From Mobula hypostoma (lineage: Eukaryota), in contig NC_086122.1 of assembly GCF_963921235.1 (NCBI RefSeq), positions 26,970,001-27,034,000 on the forward strand: 64,000 nucleotides of DNA. Reading direction: 5' to 3'. The position numbers and the translations under genes are program-made. The notes under the pieces are model-generated. The model made no database searches and had not been told where the DNA came from. It was given only the letters and a program-made list of their open reading frames with translations. The number at the start of each line of letters is the position of its first letter. Position 1 is the first letter of the stretch. This document shows, piece after piece, positions 12,517-25,479 of this stretch.

Positions 12517-13779
12517 TATCTTATATTTCATCTTTGATAGCTGCTTTAGACAGAGTGGCTGCAGTGACGGGATAGAATTTTGAACATCTTGGTCAATCAG
12601 CACCATTACAAGTGCTGACAGGAGCTTTCTTGACTTTCTTAGGGCTGAGCTTGGATTTGAACGTGCAATCAGTTTCACACTGTGCAGTCTGATTTGTGTT
12701 CCACTAACCTGTGGGGTAACAGAGGCCAACGTATCGAGCCTGCAGAATACCTGTGGATACCAGGTCAGTGGTTGACTCATCAGACCCTTCCTGTTTCCCC
12801 CTGCCCCCACCAGCCAAGTTAAATAGACTGAAAAATGCATCAGCTTTATTACCCCAAACCACTTGTCACTGCAACGCCATAAGAACTGTGACCAGAGAAC
12901 ATCAAGGCTATGTGTGTAGGCAGCAATGGACCTTGGGCAGATGTTCTTGCTGTTTGCTCACTTCAGCAGGTTAGAGCTCTGGTGATTTGGCTCCAGGGAG
13001 CCTCATGCCAGGTAATTATTTTGGCAATTTTAACTGTAGAGCCGTCCATTCTCCTCCCGAGCAGGGTTAAAATAACCCCTCCTCCAAGTCCATCGTTAGG
13101 TCATGTTGATCAAATCAGAAATCCTCAAGTTATCAGGAAAATGACAAAACTGGAACTAAGAAGCAAGCTATAAAATTTCTGCTTTCAGCCTATCAACAGC
13201 AGTCTTCACAGATAAGCTTATTTCACCAGATACAAACACTAGAATAAACTATGATATTATTATCCAAGAACAGAAAATAAACAGCATAAGAACACAGTTG
13301 GATTGACGTGCACAATTCTTAACCTTGTATTTTTTCTACATTATTCGAAGATTGATGCTGATAATTGGTTCAGAATATTTTTTTTTTCCTTGACGTTTTT
13401 TTTCACTGTGTGAGGCTTCCAGCCAGGACTGTTGCTTTAAAACAGTCAAAGCTCAGCATGTATAAAGTGGGATTTCTTAAGAGTCCAGTTGATTCAAGTA
13501 AGCAGCCAGTCAAGTTGATGTGTTGGGCAAGGAAACATTCCAATTAGCTGCTGTAAAATCGAAGTCAGCTAACATCAATGGAAGACTGAAGGGATCTGCT
13601 CAGCCACTTGCTTAATAATTTGTCCAGCTGTAGAACCTGTTGACTGAAGTCAAATAAGATGGGATGCACATTGGATGGTTAACTTTCTGGCCTGGGATTT
13701 CTTGTAGGACCAGCACATACAGTAGGAGCCAATACATTGAAGGCATAGCAGCACCTCTTCTTTCTTATACTTCCATATA

Positions 13780-14345
13780 CTTCTATAGATGCACAGTGGA
13801 GAGTATCCTGACTGGCTGGTATGGAAGCATCAATGCCCAAAAACGGAAAAGCCTACAGAAGTGGTGGCTACAGCTCAGTCCATCACAGGAAAAGCTCTTC
13901 CCACCATAGAGCACACCTACAAGGAGGGCCGCCACAGGAAAACAGCCTCCATCATCAAGGACACCCTTCATCCAGACCATGCTCTCTTCATGCTTCTGCC
14001 TTTGGGAAGGAGATACAGGAGCCCTAGGTCCTACACTACCAGGTCCAGGAAGAGTTATTTCCCTTCAACCATCAGGCTCCTGAACCAGTGTGGATAACTT
14101 CACTCACCCCAACACTGAACCAATTCCACAACCTACAGACACCATAGCTTATGTTCTCAGAATTATCTATCTATCTAATTATCTGTCTTATTGTATTTGC
14201 AAGGCTTGTCTTCTTTTGCACTGTGGTTGTTTATCAGTCTTTGTGTGTAGTTTTTAACTGATTCTATTATATATGAATTCCTGCAAGAAAATGAATCCCA
14301 GGGGAGTATATTGTGACATACGCGCACTTCAATAGCAATTTACAT
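13780..14345 (+). mobile_element. Rex1/Babar LINE 3' fragment
   Basis: FYRCTVESILTG.WYG and ASIIKDTLHPDHALFMLLPLGRRYRS..TTRSRKSYFPSTIRLLN. Confidence 0.85.
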
Positions 14346-14532
14346 TCCCATCATGGTTGGATTAGGTCAAAATGATGATCATAGTTCAAATTCACTCTCT
14401 CTATATTTGTGGTCCATGCCTTTTTAATTTTCCTTCTCTACTTCTGATTCGCCAACAAAGACAGTTGAATCATAAGTGGCTGTGATTCTGTGCATTGGTC
14501 TGAAATTCAGCTTGTCATAGGCAACAGGCAAC

Positions 14533-14916
14533 AAGTTATCGAGAATGATTCCAGGAATGAAAGGGTTACTGTATGAGGAATGTCTGGCAGCTCTTGGGAT
14601 GTATTCCGTGGAGTTCAAGAGAATGAGGGGGGATCTCATAGAAACATTCCGAATGTTAAAAGGCCTGAACAGACTAGATATGGCAAAATTATTTTCCATG
14701 GTAGGGGTGTCTAGGACAAGAGGGCACGACTTTAGGATTAAAGGACATCCATTTAGATCAGAGATGCAGAGAAATTACTTTAGTCAGAGGGTGGTAAATC
14801 TGTGGAATTTGTTACCACAAGCTGCTGTGGAGGCCATGTCAATGGGTGCATTTAAGGTTGAGGTAGGTTCTTGATTTGCCAGGGCACCAAAGGGTATGGG
14901 GAGAAGGCAGGGGAGT
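14533..14916 (+). mobile_element. CR1 LINE 3' fragment
   Basis: ORF 14545-14874 MIPGMKGLLYEECL..LGMYS...MRGDLIETF...SRTRGH...FSQRVVNLWN. Confidence 0.9.
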
Positions 14917-15260
14917 TAAAGATGTGAGTTTTAATGAATGATTTAAAGGAGGAGCAAGGTAGAGAGGTTTAAGGAAGGAATTTCAAAGCTCGGGCCAAGG
15001 CAACCAAATTCATGGCTGATAATATTTGAACAATTAAAATTAAAGGGTAATTAAGATTTCCAAAATAGAAGACTGCAGATACTTTTGGGGGCTGCATGGC
15101 TGTAGAACAGGGGTTCCTAACCTTGGGTCCATGGACCCTTAGCTTAATGGTATTGGTTTTGGCATTAAAAAGAGTTCAGAAACCCTGCTGTAGAAGATTA
15201 AGGAAATAGGAAGGAAAGAAATTTGGAAGTAGGGATGAGAACTTTGATGTTAGATTAGGA
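14917..15260 (-). mobile_element. Old L2-like LINE fragment
   Basis: gttttaatgaatgatttaaaggaggag...agagaggtttaaggaaggaatttcaaagctcgggccaagg resembles the reverse complement of an L2 3' region. Confidence 0.45.
15108..15187. mobile_element. hAT-family MITE (80 bp)
   Basis: TIRs caggggttcctaac / gttcagaaaccctg; perfect 8-bp TSD ctgtagaa at 15100-15107 and 15188-15195. Confidence 0.8.
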
Positions 15261-17079
15261 TCTAGTGTGCTCAGCAAGCACAGTAACTGAATGGGAGATG
15301 TTTTGAGTAGATAGCCTTGCATTTACAAAAGCGATCAAGTGGGGCAAGAAGAGCTTTGCTTTGGACATTGATGCCACTGAGAGCATTAATTTTTCTGCTT
15401 CTTGAATCACATGTTTTCTGCAGCTGGCATTAATCTCTGCATGAACTGGCTGCATTTGCTAAAGCCACCAGGCAGAAAGATATATTTTCTTTAATTGGCT
15501 TTTCATGGGATTGAAGTTCATGGGTAGTGGACGTGCAAGACCTGTACAGTGATAGCTTTACAAAGATCACATGGCTCCTGGTCTGTGATGACAGTTCAGA
15601 GTGGTAAAAATGTGGTCTCAGAGACCATGCTTCATTGAGTGGGAAATATCAAATGAGGCTCCTGCTTTTCAGAACTATGCAATGATCCTTGCCGTAAAGT
15701 ACTTAAGTGTGGTTTTGGTTTGTCATTATCCAAGTCACTGGATGAGAGCTAAGTAAAAGTTGGATGCCTATCTACCCAAAAATAAAGGGAACAGGTGAAT
15801 TAAATAACTATATGTTTTGCTGCAGCAATTGGTTTGTTGTTGAGAAGTACCTGGTTGGTTGGCAACTTAACCTTACTGGCAGATCCATTGTCTCAGAGGA
15901 TAAGGAAGCGACCTGCGCACTGACCCATGGCAATGGGAGGGAAATGTGTGATGCTTTTTCTGTTTTATCTCCCGATTTATTTATTTATTATTTCTTTCTT
16001 TTTGCATTTGCTGAGTTTGTGGTCTTCTGCAAATTAGTTGAGCGCGCAGGTTGGTGCGATCTTTCATCGATTCTGTTACAGTTATTATTCTGTAGATTTA
16101 TTGAGTATGCCCACAGGAAAATGAATCTCAGGGTTGTATATGGTGACGTATATGTACTTTGGTAATAAATTTACTTTGAACTTTGAAAACAGGGTGCTCG
16201 CTGAGATTAGCTCAGCAAACTGTTGTGACAGTTCATGCCGGATTGTCACACGGTAATCCTACCTTTTAGCTAAAGTAAACACCACGTATCCCTGCAACAA
16301 GTGTGCTGACTTGTCACAGGTTGATAGTGGCGCCAGAAACCTTTATACTACATTCAGCTGAAAAATAAGGTGTTGACTTGGGCTGGATACTTAGCACAGA
16401 TGGTATGGGTTAATAGTATGAAAAAAAACTGACTGAAGAGGACTTTCTTCTATAAAATTCCTAGCTTACTCCCAACCCCACGTTCCATCCCTCCCACATA
16501 AAGCACAGGAGATGGCCTTTATCCAAGAAGGAAATAGAATCATGACTAGAAATGGTCATTTCCCACTCCACCAGTTTCTTAAATAAACATTAATTCCATT
16601 CATTTCTGGGGAAAACAAACCCTTTTCTGTTTGTTCTAGATAAGCATCACTGGCATCAAGCTTGCCCTGAATGTTTCAATTAGACATCCAGAGAATGAAC
16701 TGTTCACAATGTCTGCTTTGGCTTTGTGAAGTGGGAGCATAAATGGCCGCATGCTTGAATGAGCCTGAAGCTTGCCTGTGCATAGCCTCCAGGAAAGAAC
16801 TGTTCTTATTTAGGAAGCAAAGACTTCAGAAGGAAATGTCCTCCAGGCCACATCCAGGGGCACTGGTGATGTAAAAAGGCTCATTTAACCCATTCCAGCA
16901 TATTAGATAGGCAGCCATGCAGAGTCTGTGAGACTGCCTTTACCAATGAACTCAAATCTAGACCAGCCACTTGCACCATCACCCCGAGACTGCATCCGGA
17001 TCAGTATTCGTAGGTTGTGCCCTTTTCTAGCATTGATCTATTGAATGACAGGCTCTTCAAACTATCAGGAAGATTTTTT

Positions 17080-17212
17080 TTCAAACACGAGAAAATCTGC
17101 AAATGCTGGAAATCCAAAGCAACACGTACGAAGTGTGGGAGAAACTCCATAGGCCAGGCAGTATCTATGGAAAAGAGTAAACAGTCAACCTTTCGGGCCG
17201 AGACCCTTCATG
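17080..17212 (-). mobile_element. Truncated Penelope pLTR with a broken hammerhead
   Basis: pLTR sequence; 13-bp TSD aggaagatttttt at 17067-17079 and 17213-17225; minus-strand core reads CTCATGA. Confidence 0.75.
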
Positions 17213-18029
17213 AGGAAGATTTTTTAACTAATTTGCTCCTTGGACAGGGAAATCCTAACAGGTTATCCCTATACTTTATCATGCCGAAACTGGGGGTTAG
17301 CCTCTGCTGGAAAGCTGTCAGAAAATTGGCTGCTTTCTCCAGCGGGCAGCTGGTCCACAGTACGGGTTTAATCCCATGCAGCAGGCTGCAAATCCACTCG
17401 ATGAACCTGTGTGTTCTCTACTGCACACTGGGGGCAATTTTGCTTTGCATTTACGCTCCTGCTGGGCAAGTGGGGTTGCTGGAAGTTAAAAGCAATGAAG
17501 TGTGCATCATTAAACATGAAGGAAGCTCAAAATGTAATTTCCAATTTAACTGATAGTACAGTGTTCTCAGTGTTGGGAGTAATTTGATTACCAGAAATTT
17601 CAGTAAATTGAATAAAACCATTACAGCCATTATTAAAATTAACATGTACTCGATTCATTTATAAAGATTTCCCAAACAACTTATTTTGCAGTGAATCTGA
17701 GTTCTAAGGTTTGTTTCGATTAATTAATTTGCTGATATGTTCAAGTATATAAGTTTAATGGTTTCAAAATGCAATAGATAAATGATACTAATTATACAAA
17801 TATTTTTAATTATATAATAGGTAGAGAATATACAGAGTGCTTTATTTAACATCTGCATTGAAACTGCCATTTAAACTCAAGGATACTAATGTCAGCTGTT
17901 TGATATTTTGTCAGAGAATTATATGCTAGGAAATTTATCTTGGGAAGAGCAATTGATATTATTTTGGCCATCTATTATGCATTCTGTGAGTAAATCAAAT
18001 GAAGTTAGACTATAAATATAACGTTAAGT

Positions 18030-18570
18030 CATGTATTTAAGATGGGGGGGTAATTTCAAAGGAGATATGAGGGGCATGTTTTTTACACAGAGCATGCTGC
18101 CTGGGGAGGCGGTAGAGGCAGATACAATGGGGACTTTTATAAGACCATAAGATATAGGGGCAGGTGTAGGCCATTCGGCCCATTGAGTCTGCTCTGCCAT
18201 TCAATCGTGGGCTGATCCAATTCTTCCAGTCATCCCCACTCCCCTGCTTTCACCCCATAACCTGGCTAATCAAAAACCTATCTATCCCTGCCTTAAATAC
18301 ATCCAATGACTTGGCCTCCACAGCTGCTCGTGGCAACAAATTCCACAGATTTACCACCCTCTGACTAAAGTAAGCTCTCCGCATCTCAGTTCTAAAAGGG
18401 CGTCCTTCAATCCTGAAGTCGTGCCCTCTTGTCCTGGAATCCCCTACCATTTTGTTTAAACAGGCACATACATCTGAGGAAAATGGAAGGATGTGGACAC
18501 TGTGTAGGCAGAAGACATTAGTTTAGTTGGCCATTTGATTACTAACAGTTCCTGTGAGGTACTGTTCTAT
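18030..18570. mobile_element. CR1 3' fragment (+) with a second CR1 3' fragment (-, ~18140-18450) nested inside
   Basis: ORF 18250-18450(-) SRTRGHDFRIEGRPFRTEMRR.YFSQRVVNLWN; ataagaccataag tail; the + strand CR1 sequence resumes after 18450. Confidence 0.75.
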
Positions 18571-18880
18571 GAATATTAAATGAAATCCAGTGTTATAAAG
18601 GGATAAGAGAATGGTCAGGCCTGCCCTCTTTAGTTTTTTCACTTCCATACCTTGCCGTCCACTAAGTCTGGATATCAGTCTATTCAGTGACATGTAATTT
18701 CTCACAACACTCATTGGGAAAAGAATAGATGATATTATAATTCAGTGTTTTCTAACCAATATATAAAAATATATTGAAATATGAAAATGCTGAATATCGT
18801 ATTGGAGTAAACTGTATATAGAAAATTAGTACTTAACAGAAGAAGAAAGCTGAGTTTATCTTGTATATGTATATACAAAG

Positions 18881-18982
18881 CAACAGGCACAAAATGCTGG
18901 AGGAACTCAGTAGGTCAGGCAGTATCTATGGAAGTGAATAAACAGTCAACATTTATGGTCAAAACCTTTCTTCAGCACTGAA
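18881..18982 (-). mobile_element. Degenerate Penelope pLTR fragment
   Basis: cacaaaatgctggaggaactcag.aggtcaggcagtatctatgg...cagtcaac..ttcttcagcactg. Confidence 0.7.
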
Positions 18983-19089
18983 TATAAAAATTGTCTTGTG
19001 AGCAACAAATTAGTATTATCTATCCTATGACTGTTCCAACACAACTCCTGGGCACAGAAGCATTATTGGTATCTTATATTTCATTCGGA

Positions 19090-19695
19090 GTTTGAGAAAA
19101 TTTGGTTTGTCAACTAAAACACTCGAAAGCTTCTACAAACGTACCGTGGAGAGCTGCCTACATCACCGTCTGTTATGTGGGGGGGGGGTGGGTGGGGATG
19201 GTTGCTGCACAAGATCGAAGTAAGTTGCAGAAACTTGTAAAATTAGTTAGCTCCATCATGGGTACTAGCCTTGGTAGTATCCAGGATATCTTCAAGGAGC
19301 GGTGTCTTAGGAAGGCGGCGTCCATCATTAAGGACCCCCACCACCCAGAACAGCCCTCTTCTCATTGCCACCATTGGGAAGGAGGTACAGGAGCCTGAAG
19401 GCACAAACTCAGCGATTCAGGAACAGCTTCTTCCCCTCTGCCATCAGATTCCTAAATGGACATTGAACCCATGAACACCACCTCACTACTTTTTAAAAAA
19501 AGTTATTTCAGTTTTGTTCGCACTACTTGTTTTTGAATATAACTATTTAATAGTTTTATATATATATATATATACTTACTGTAATTCAGTATTTATTTTC
19601 TCTACATTTATTTACCATGTGTTTCATTGTCTGCTCCAGTAAAGTTAGAGTTTAATGACATATACTGTTGATATTAAACCTGATTCTGATTCTGA
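19090..19695 (+). mobile_element. Rex1/Babar LINE 3' fragment
   Basis: AQDRSKLQKLVKLVSSIMGTSL.SIQDIFKERCLRKAASIIKDPHHP; (gattct)n tail. Confidence 0.85.
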
Positions 19696-19702
19696 TCTCC
19701 AA

Positions 19703-19845
19703 AACAACACACACGATACGTTGGAGGAACTCACCAGGCAGGCAGCATCTATGGAAATGACGATACAGTCGACATTTCGGACCGAGACCCTTCATCAAGT
19801 TGCTTTGGGTATCCAGCATCGGCATATTTTCCCGTGTTTGTCGAT
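19703..19845. mobile_element. Penelope pLTR fold-back remnant
   Basis: Inverted pLTR piece joined to the direct pLTR end (ccagcatc...gtgttt); atctccaa duplicated at 19695-19702 and 19846-19853. Confidence 0.65.
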
Positions 19846-21329
19846 ATCTCCAATGCATGGATCACCTTTTCTTAGTAATAAGAAAACAAATTGATTTGAT
19901 TTCTTTGCTTTTTTGGAGTTTTATTAATTTTGGCAGAATTACTTATTTTAATTTATTAAAACAACTTCAATCAGGACCTAATACAGCTGCCATTCACTGA
20001 AATAAAAAAAACTAGTCTAGATCAGACTTTACCCTAATTGCTTCTTTGACAAGATCTTCGTTTATTGTCATGTAATTCCAAACTCTTCTTTTTATCTGCA
20101 CCCCAGCCTAAAGTTTTGATTCTCAGGTCTTGTTCTTCGAGTTATCATTATTGCTCCACTCGCACACACCATGAGCGAACGGATTGGTTCGTAACATACA
20201 TTGAAAGACCTGCACCATTCTTAAAGCAAAATAGAATGAAAAGGTAAATTCTCCATGGTTAATATTTATTGCCAACATAGAATTTTAATAGTGTGTAAAA
20301 CAAATAAGGCATGGTTTTCCAGGTAAATCATCGAAGGATACTTCTCAGTGAATAGTCATATATAACTGGAAAATTCAAGCCGCAAGTATAGTACAAATCT
20401 ATCATTATCACTGCCTTAAATTTTCAGTGCTGGAGAAACAAAGCAAAATCCTCTCAAAATCATGCTCCTGTCAAAGTCAAAATTTTCAGTTGTGGTATTC
20501 TATGTCTTTTGTCTCTCTTTCATTGACTATGTCCCTGATTTCCAGAATTCTCAGCTCAGGTTAACTGTGGATGTTTTAGTTGTAATATTTTCTTCTCCCC
20601 TTGGGTGGGTATCTATAAAGTCTTATTTTAAAGTCTATTTTAAAATTATATAATAGTCTGTGCCCACCTAAAATGTTCATTAGGCGTAACATATAATGTG
20701 TTCATGAATATTACAAAATATTTCTGTTGAAGCAAATATAAAATATTTTTGTTCCTTGTACCTGAGAGTTTTTTTTAAAATAAAAAGGATACAATCTCTT
20801 TCTAAAGACGCTGTGTGTGATTTCTGCCAACTGTCAGCCTCCGTGTGTTTGTAATGAGTTAAAAGCCATTTGGAAGCACCAGGCTGTCGAGTGGATTGTG
20901 CTCCAGGCAATACAGCACATTCTGCAGTCACTGCTGATGGGATTGACCTGTGTACATATGGAGAACAAGGTGCAGAATAGCAGGGGGTAAGGGTCACAGC
21001 AGAGGACAATTATCACTCTGAAACATTAGTTTTCTTTTCAGTAATCAAGAAACGAATTAATCTTTATCCATAGGCAGGGTCGAAAGAGTCACTCTCTCTT
21101 TGTTGACCTTTTGTTTTGTAGATTTTAAACTTAAAAGGCAAGTCTGTTCGTTAGCAATGTCAAAAAGTGCAAGGACTCATAAGAGTAGTGGGAATCTGTT
21201 ACATGTATGACAGGGCAAGATGCTGTGATATATAATGCATCTAACATTATATAGACCACGAATGACTTTGGGACATTTCAGCAAATATATCAATGTGTTC
21301 ATGTAGTATTGGCTTAAAGTATAAGAAAT

Positions 21330-21765
21330 ACATACATACATATATAATTTCACGACGTGTGAGTGATGATAAACCAGATTCTGATATGGGTCTCTATTGT
21401 GGATTGAAAATGGGAAGAGGGGAGGGAGACGGGAATCATGGTTGGGGAAAGGGGAAGGGAGAGGGGTGGGAGCGGAATGCATGAGAGAGACGTTCTGTAA
21501 TGATCAATAAACCAATTGTTTCAGATTCAATGACCTTGCCTGGTGTCTCAGGGTTGGGTGAGTCTGTACCCGCGTCACCCCTGCGCCCCTGACACCCCTT
21601 CTCTGCCACCTGTCCCACACCCCTCCTGCAGATCACCACTTTCACTACTGCCAGATTTACAAACTTGTTCTCTGCTCCACATTGACAAATACAGTACTAT
21701 GCAAGAGTCTTAGGCACTCCAGCTATAAAGAGTATATGTGCCTAAGACTTTCGCACTGTACTGTA
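21330..21765. repeat. Composite repeat ending in a cagtactgtgcaaaagtcttaggcac hairpin (Tc1-like TIRs)
   Basis: Same unit in opposite orientation at 26335-26825 and at 38190-38462 plus 39020-39280; the isolated hairpin also occurs at 7527-7600. Confidence 0.7.
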
Positions 21766-21829
21766 TGTTAGTGTGACAGATTATACTGTATGCAGAAAAC
21801 TACTAAGAATGACCTCATATAACTCTCTT

Positions 21830-22095
21830 AGGAGCTGCACAGTTGTCAGAGTCTATTATTAAAAGTGCTCCTCTGTTCAGCCAAGGTGGCATTCAGAGGG
21901 TGAGAAACATTGTCCAGAACTGCCAGGATTTTCCGTGGGGTCCTTTGTTCTATCACAGCCTTCAGTTGTCTAGTTTGACTCCTATGAGAGCCAGTCTTTC
22001 TAATCAGTTTATTGAGCCTGTTGGCATCACCCACGTTGATGCCATTGTCCCAGCACACCACCGCATAGAAGACTGTACTGACGATAACAGACTTT
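21830..22095 (-). mobile_element. Rex1/Babar LINE fragment
   Basis: ORF 21846-22061(-) VCW..GI...DANRLNKLIRK.GS......KILAVLDNVSHPL...RSTFNNRL. Confidence 0.75.
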
Positions 22096-22303
22096 GTAGA
22101 AAGTATTATTGTAGATGGGGGAAGATGAAGTAAAATCTTCTGTGTTCGTTTCTTGCAATAATTAACGATTTTAATTGAAGTGTTATGGTATCGACATTAA
22201 GTTGGGGTAGGAAAGGCTGTGTGCTATTATGGATGTAACAATGATTACTCATGTGACATAAGTCTGGAGAGGGCTTGTTACATTTGTGCACAGGGAGGAT
22301 ATA

Positions 22304-23220
22304 TGTTAGTGCCTCCTGTTGAACTCCGTCTTTTTGTGTATTTCCCCTAGCTGTCAGTCAGTGTTTTTTTTATTGCCGTGTGCTCCTGTCTCCACTCCTA
22401 CTGTGCTCTTGTCCCTGCTCCTGCTGTGCTCCGGCCCCTGTATTACTGAGTACTCTGTCTCTCATCTGTTTCTCATTTTTACCTGTACTGCTTCCACCTG
22501 CATTTCATGCGCTCCACCTATCATCTGCCTCTCTGTTTATTGCTCAGTGTATTTCAGTCCTGTGTTTTCACCTGTTCGTTGCCAGATTGTGCCAGTGAAT
22601 TTTCCCGAGCCTTTCCAACATTTGTATCTGTACTTTGTCCGAATAGCAACTCTGCCTGTTTCCCGTTTTTGGATTTCTCTGGATGACAATAGACAATAGA
22701 TACAGGAGTAGGCCATTCAGCCCTTCAAGCCAGTACCACCATTCACTGTGATTATGGCTGATCATCCACAATCAGTACTCTTTTTCTGCCTCCTCCCCAT
22801 ATCCCTTCACTCCGCTATCTCTAAGAGCTCTATCTATCTCTTTTTTGAAAGAATCCAGAGAATTGGCCTCCACTGCCTTCTGAGGCAGAGCATTCCACAG
22901 AACCACAACCCTCTGTGTGAAGAAGTTTTTCCTCAACTCCGTTCTAAATTGTCTACCCCTTATTCTTAAACTGTGGATGTTTTGATCTCTGCCTGAATTT
23001 TGATGCTGACTTTGTTTGCACCTTGGGATTGTACTCTGTCCATCTGAATATCGACTCTGCCTGTTTCCCGATCCTGGTTTTTGGATTTCTCTGGATGTTT
23101 TGATCTCTGCCTGAACTTTGATGCCGACTTTGTTTGCACCTTGGGATTTGTTACTCAATTAGTATCACTGTGTGCACAGTACTGGGTCTGCGATTGGATC
23201 CCTGCTCTAGCATCCTGACA
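22304..23220 (+). mobile_element. Putative solo LTR with a nested CR1 3' fragment (22686-22973, -)
   Basis: tgttag...ctgaca termini; gatata duplicated at 22298-22303 and 23221-23226; internal ~100-bp tandem repeat; the CR1 piece is flanked by tggatg. Confidence 0.7.
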
Positions 23221-23452
23221 GATATAGTACAAATCTACACTTGGTGTCTAGTTAAGCTTATCCAACAAAGGTGCTCTGGGAGACTCCTGAGTCAGGAGTT
23301 GGTGGCTCTAACATTCTTTCATAGACTCACCTCCTGGTAGCTCACCAATAGTAGAAGAACTAATTTTTAGAATCTGTTATGGTTTTACTCCAGTTCAGCC
23401 AAAATATTGTAAGGTTAACCCATTCATATAACTTCAAAATGTATATTTTAAT

Positions 23453-23750
23453 GAAACACACAAAATACTGGAGATACTCTGCAGGTCAGGCAACATCTAC
23501 GGAAAAGAGTGAGCAGCTGATGTTTCAGGCCGAGACCCTTCCTCAGGACTGGGAGGGAAGGGGTGCGATGCCTGAATTAAAAGGTGGGGGGGGAGGGGAA
23601 AGAGGCTAGCTGGGAGGTGATAGGTGAAACCAGATGGGTCGGAAAGGTCAAGGGCTGGAGAAAAAGGAATTTCCAGGATAGCAGGGGAGAATGGGCAATA
23701 GGAGAAAGGGGAGGGGACCCAGGGGGAAGTAATAGGCAGGGTGAGGAGAA
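23453..23750 (-). mobile_element. Penelope 3' region/pLTR with degenerate hammerhead (23514-23551)
   Basis: Minus strand cagtcCTGAGGAagggtctcggcctGAAAcatc; the purine-rich body matches 38690-38880. Confidence 0.8.
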
Positions 23751-24272
23751 ATCTGAACTCAATGCTGAAGCAATCTCCAAAGGACAGTGATGCCAGTGTA
23801 TCATTAATATATCTGAAATATCCTGAGCTCATTAAAAACTCAAGAAGGAGTAAGCAATGGGGAGTGGAAAGAGAGGCATTGTCAAGCCTTTAATTTGATT
23901 GTCTTTGTACTTAATGTAGTTCAGTTAAATAATTTCTTGTAATATATATCCAATGTTGACAAAAGTTCATGTGATGGCAGCATTGCTTCCATTTCTCTGT
24001 ATACTGTAGATGTCATAAACCATTCTACAAATACATGCTTCAAAGGCATGTTACATGTACACTGTATATGTAATTTATCCTGAGGTTAATATAAGGAGAT
24101 TGATGTGACTTCTTTAAATAAACGTGGAGGTGATTGGGAGAAAACACGACAAATAACATTTTTTTTCAGTGGAAATTCTCATCTTAATTTTCTGCATGAG
24201 TCAGAAACATCCCTCCACTTAAAGAATTAGGTACTTCTACTCCCCAGTCTCTCTTCTGAGATAAGGTGAAGG

Positions 24273-24496
24273 TGTGTATTAAATACTTCAGTAATATTGT
24301 AAATATATTGCCTAATTAAGCATTCTTTGTTTACATAATTCATTACGAGTTATATGTGAGAAGTATGTGAATGGCATACGTTATTATATCACAAGTGCAC
24401 GCCTCACTTAAAGTAAAAACAAAACGCACACCTCTCCTGGTCTCCCCATGTTTTTCTTTTGATTTGTTTTATGTTTTGGAGTTACAAAACATAGCA
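24273..24496. mobile_element. Putative solo LTR (second copy at 31310-31497)
   Basis: Both copies start tgtgtatt, share gcctcactt..agtaa and end tgtttt.gaag/gagt.acaaaacata. Confidence 0.5.
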
Positions 24497-25479
24497 AAAG
24501 GAAATACTCAGAAGCGATTAGTAGGCAATTTAGATTCTTGATTGGTCGGGTCATGAAGGGATATGGGGAGAAGGCAGGAGATTGGGGCTGAGACGAAAAT
24601 TGGATCAGCCATGATGAAATGGCAGATCAGACTCGCTGGGCCAAATAACCTAATTCTGCTCCTGTATCTTATGGTCTTGTGGTAACAACCTCTCCAATTT
24701 TCACCTTGATCTCGCTATATCTGATTTCCACTACTGTTTAGCTCTGAAACAATGCTGAAAACTTGAATAAGTAAATAAAATATAGGCTAACCAATTTAGT
24801 TCTTACAAACTTTCAACAACAAAAATGACTTAATGCATTTAGTGAGTATGTACCTAAATCCATTGTTTATTTGCCAGGTTTTCTAACAGAAAAAAGTTCA
24901 TTGTGAAAAATGTTAATGAAAAGAATGTTTAATGTCTTCACTTCTGTTCTTGGATGAGTCTTTCCTCCTTCCTCTAGTTGACAACATTGCAGTATCAAGT
25001 TAACACAGCAAATTGCTTCAGTCTATATTTTTAAAAGAACAACAAGAGAAAAATTTGCCTTGGGTTTCCAGAACTAAAGGTATGTGTGAGTATCAGATGT
25101 CAATTATGTTCATCTCCTTGCTTCCAGATCCACTAAACTTAATAGAATTGAAAACAGAAAGCTGAAGTTGAAAACAAGTAAAGCCAATGACTGATAGATA
25201 GTTGTACAAATGTTTATTTTTGTGGATCATCATCCAAATTCTCCTGATGAGTTTGGCAGGCGGCAGGGAAAGGAATGTGCTGTTGAAGTGAAGGGTTTAT
25301 CCTACTGGAACATATTCTTCTACAATAAGCAGAATGATGATGAAGGCACATGAAGTACAATTTCACCAAGTTCCATTATCGTAGCCTTTCCCGCCTCCTC
25401 AACGACCTTCTAATTCCACCAAAGTCCTTCATTCTATTTCACTCATTCCAGATATTGCCTGCTTTTTTGTGAGTTCATA

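Noticed and set aside
12313-12840. 175-aa minus-strand ORF
   Set aside because: Partly antisense to the Tc1 remnant, with no recognisable domain or convincing splice structure.
17017-17553. 178-aa ORF
   Set aside because: Runs through a Penelope pLTR insertion, has a non-ATG start and no protein family resemblance.
22640-23150. CRISPR-like or satellite array
   Set aside because: Only two ~100-bp tandem units inside an LTR, with no spacers, in a eukaryotic context.
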